From: Candidatus Latescibacterota bacterium
GTDB taxonomy: Bacteria > Latescibacterota > UBA2968 > UBA8231
DNA: 53,545 nt
Direction: 5' to 3'
Assembly: GCA_965205655.1 (NCBI GenBank)
Contig: CBDBIJ010000143.1
Coordinates: forward strand, 1-53,545
Positions 49,241 to 53,545 of this stretch are shown here, piece after piece (the stretch's first letter is position 1; each line of letters begins with the position of its first letter). The notes below the pieces were generated by a model. The model was not told the origin of the DNA, made no database searches, and worked only from the letters and a program-made list of their open reading frames with translations. The position numbers were made by a program, and so were the translations under genes.

Positions 49241-50020
49241 ATGGACAGAGAAACTCTACGACAACTCCTCGACGAGGTTGCCGCCGGTGAGTTGAGCCCC
49301 GATGAGGCCTTCCAGCGCCTCAAGGCCCTCCCCTTCGAGGATCTCGGCTTTGCGCATGTCGACCACCACCGTGGCCTGCGACGCGGCTACCCCGAGACCA
49401 TTTTCTGCGAGGGTAAGACACCTGAGCAGACCATCTCCATCGCCGAGCGCATCGCCGCGAGTGGTGCCTTCGTGCTGGCGACTCGCGCCAGCGAGGATGT
49501 CGGCGCGGCGATCAAGAGTCGCTTTCCGAGTGCCGACCACGACGCTGTAGCGCGCACCGTCGTCATCCGGCCACCGGGTAAACCCGAGTCTGCCAAAAAG
49601 GGATTGGTCGTCGTACTCTCGGCCGGAACCTCCGACGTTCCGGTCGCCCAGGAAGCGGTTGTAACGGCTCGCGCCATGGGTGCCGAGGTGGACTCCATAT
49701 TCGACGTCGGCGTCGCCGGTATCCACCGGCTGCTCGCGCATGTCGATCGTCTCAACCAGGCCAGGGCCGTCGTCGTGGTCGCGGGGATGGAGGGCGCCCT
49801 GCCCAGCGTCGTCGGCGGCCTCGTCGACGTACCCGTCATCGCCGTGCCGACGAGCGTCGGCTACGGCGCCAGTTTCGAGGGCCTCTCGGCGCTGTTGACG
49901 ATGCTGAACTCCTGCGCCTCCGGAGTGCTCGTCGTCAACATCGACAACGGCTACGGTGCCGGATATGCCGCCGCACTGATCAACAGCCGGGCCGCTGATC
50001 CCGGCGATCATCCGCCCTGA
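49241..50020 (+). CDS. larB: nickel pincer cofactor biosynthesis protein LarB
   Basis: DHHRGLRRGYPETIFCEGKT, SAGTSD, DVGVAGIHRL, AGMEGALPSV, VPTSVGYG, MLNSC, VNIDNG. Confidence 0.95.
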   Translation: MDRETLRQLLDEVAAGELSPDEAFQRLKALPFEDLGFAHVDHHRGLRRGYPETIFCEGKTPEQTISIAERIAASGAFVLATRASEDVGAAIKSRFPSADHDAVARTVVIRPPGKPESAKKGLVVVLSAGTSDVPVAQEAVVTARAMGAEVDSIFDVGVAGIHRLLAHVDRLNQARAVVVVAGMEGALPSVVGGLVDVPVIAVPTSVGYGASFEGLSALLTMLNSCASGVLVVNIDNGYGAGYAAALINSRAADPGDHPP

Positions 50021-50062
50021 TCCCATGAACGAACAGGCGCGACACCGACGGCGGATGCGAAC

Positions 50063-50710
50063 GTGAAGGGCCCTCCTTTAACAGGGATTATTCTGGCCGG
50101 CGGCCGCAGTCGTCGGATGGGTTCGGACAAGGCCTGGCTGACACTTGGCGGCAGGCCTGTTGTCCGGCGCGTGATCGCCGCTGTCGAGCCTTTGGGGATT
50201 CCCCTGGCCCTCGTGGCAGACGAGCCATCCTCCGACCGTCTCGCCACTCTAGATCTGCCGGTCTGGACGGACCTGATCCCTCAACGAGGCCCGCTCGGCG
50301 GGCTCCACACCGGCTTCGATCGCAGCCAATCAGAGGCCATCCTTCTTCTGGCGTGTGATCTCCCCTTCCTGACCGACGCCCTACTCCGGTTTCTCGTGAA
50401 CCGGTCACCTCGTGCGGATGCCGTCATTCCCGAGGCTGCCGATCAGCTTCAACCGCTGTGCGCCCTCTACGCTCGCTCCTGCCTCCCCGTCCTCGAAGAT
50501 TGCCTTTCGGGCCCCGATCTGAGCATGACGGCCTTTGCCACACGGCTGGACAGTCGCGTGGTGAAGCGGGCGGAATACGCACACCTCGACCCGCACGACA
50601 TCACCTTTGCGAATCTGAATACGCCGGAGGACTACGAAGAGGCGAAGGAACTAGTGGGACGGCTGGAGAATGGAGGAGCCGCGGGGGAACCGGCCGCGGT
50701 GCAGGCGTGA
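50063..50710 (+). CDS. mobA: molybdenum cofactor guanylyltransferase
   Basis: ILAGGRSRRMGSDKA, GPLGGL, LACDLP, QPLCALY, NLNTPED. Confidence 0.92.
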   Translation: MKGPPLTGIILAGGRSRRMGSDKAWLTLGGRPVVRRVIAAVEPLGIPLALVADEPSSDRLATLDLPVWTDLIPQRGPLGGLHTGFDRSQSEAILLLACDLPFLTDALLRFLVNRSPRADAVIPEAADQLQPLCALYARSCLPVLEDCLSGPDLSMTAFATRLDSRVVKRAEYAHLDPHDITFANLNTPEDYEEAKELVGRLENGGAAGEPAAVQA

Positions 50711-50717
50711 GGAGTAA

Positions 50718-51686
50718 CTAAAAGCCCACGTCGATGACGGTGAGGATGAACAGGAGTGGCAAATAGACGACGGAGGCGCGCAGCAGGCGACGGGCATCGA
50801 CAATCGATCGCGTGGAGCTGAAGGAAATGCCGGCTGCCAGCAACGCGACGCCCAGCAGCATGGCTCCGGCCAGGTAGAGTTGGCCCGACAGGCCGAGTAT
50901 GGTCGGAAGGGCCGACGCTGCGATGAGCAACATGCTGAAGCCCAGAATATGGCGGCATGTTCGGTGTCCGCCAGGATCTACGACGGGCAGCATTTTGAAC
51001 CCGCCGCGGCGATAGTCCTCACGAAAAATCCAAGCGATGGCGTAGAAATGCGGGTGCTGCCAGGCGAACAGAATGGCGAAAAGGGCCCACGCCTCGAGGG
51101 TCAGACCGCCCGTGGCCGCCGCCCATCCGCCCACCGGAGGCAGGGCACCCGGTATGGACCCGATCGATGTGTTCAGCCAGGTGAGGCGTTTCATCGGGGT
51201 GTACACGACGACGTACAGAAATGCCGTCAGCAAGGCGAGGAACGCGGTCAACAGATTGACTTTGCCAACGAGGAGCCCGAGACCGGCGAGGATCAGCAGC
51301 AATCCAAACGACATCGTCGTCGACGGTCTGACCGCGCCGGCCGGAAGGGGCCGATTTCGTGTGCGCCGCATGCAGCCGTCGACCTCTCTCTCAAAGTAGT
51401 GATTGAGGACGGCTGATCCCCCAGCCACGCAGGCCGTGCCCAGTAGCGTCCATATGAGCAGAGTTGCCGACTGGATCCCCCTCGTACCGAGGAAGAATCC
51501 GAGCGCTGTCGATACCAGCACGAGGCAGGTAATGCGGGGCTTGGTGAGTTCGAGGTACAGCGACATCGATCGCGTCAGACCTGCGAATGTCAGCGGCCCC
51601 GGGAATACCGTCTTTACCCTTGTTGTCCTGGCGTTTTCCACCCTGTCACATACCCCTTCTTGAAGGCGTTTCAATATATTATCCAT
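50718..51686 (-). CDS. cyoE: protoheme IX farnesyltransferase (heme o synthase); real start probably nearer 51566
   Basis: ELTKPRI, D..MRRTRNRPLP, YTPMKR, GALPP..GW, WQHPHF, EDYRRGG. Confidence 0.95.
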   Translation of the reverse strand: MDNILKRLQEGVCDRVENARTTRVKTVFPGPLTFAGLTRSMSLYLELTKPRITCLVLVSTALGFFLGTRGIQSATLLIWTLLGTACVAGGSAVLNHYFEREVDGCMRRTRNRPLPAGAVRPSTTMSFGLLLILAGLGLLVGKVNLLTAFLALLTAFLYVVVYTPMKRLTWLNTSIGSIPGALPPVGGWAAATGGLTLEAWALFAILFAWQHPHFYAIAWIFREDYRRGGFKMLPVVDPGGHRTCRHILGFSMLLIAASALPTILGLSGQLYLAGAMLLGVALLAAGISFSSTRSIVDARRLLRASVVYLPLLFILTVIDVGF

Positions 51687-51727
51687 CTTTGATTTTATCC
51701 ACTCGACCTACACCACCATCGGACTAA

Positions 51728-53545
<1,818 letters not shown>

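Overview
GC-rich bacterial chromosomal segment; gene content (PorV-family barrel, DUF4159, many secreted proteins) suggests an FCB-group, Latescibacterota-like lineage, which is inference only. Many genes are broken by single-base indels with no in-frame nonsense codons, most consistent with long-read consensus errors. Left to right: a GltD-like flavoprotein fused to a degenerate glutamate-synthase FMN domain; a minus-strand URO-D-family/corrinoid/Kelch/hypothetical/VOC cluster; a ~20 kb minus-strand envelope gene run (galU, larA, CsgG/FlgT-like lipoprotein, acyltransferase, TolB-like propeller, lipoproteins, two CBM9-like proteins, PPIase, PorV-family barrel, giant TPR protein, exbB, exbD, TM-anchored DUF4159) interrupted by an intact IS256-family element with a 9-bp target duplication; a deoxyhypusine-synthase-like gene, acyl-CoA ligase, large FapA/DUF342 gene, TSP3-repeat outer-membrane protein, enolase-superfamily enzyme, ilvBN, TonB-dependent receptor, ppdK-parA-parB-FGE lipoprotein, larB-mobA, cyoE and partial ligA. 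No rRNA, tRNA or CRISPR seen. Best candidate for an undescribed system: three secreted proteins of two unrelated types end in the same (T/S)W(G/A)(R/K)(I/V)KxxF tail and lie beside a PorV-TPR-ExbBD-DUF4159 module, suggesting a PMF-energised, PorV-linked C-terminal sorting/secretion pathway.
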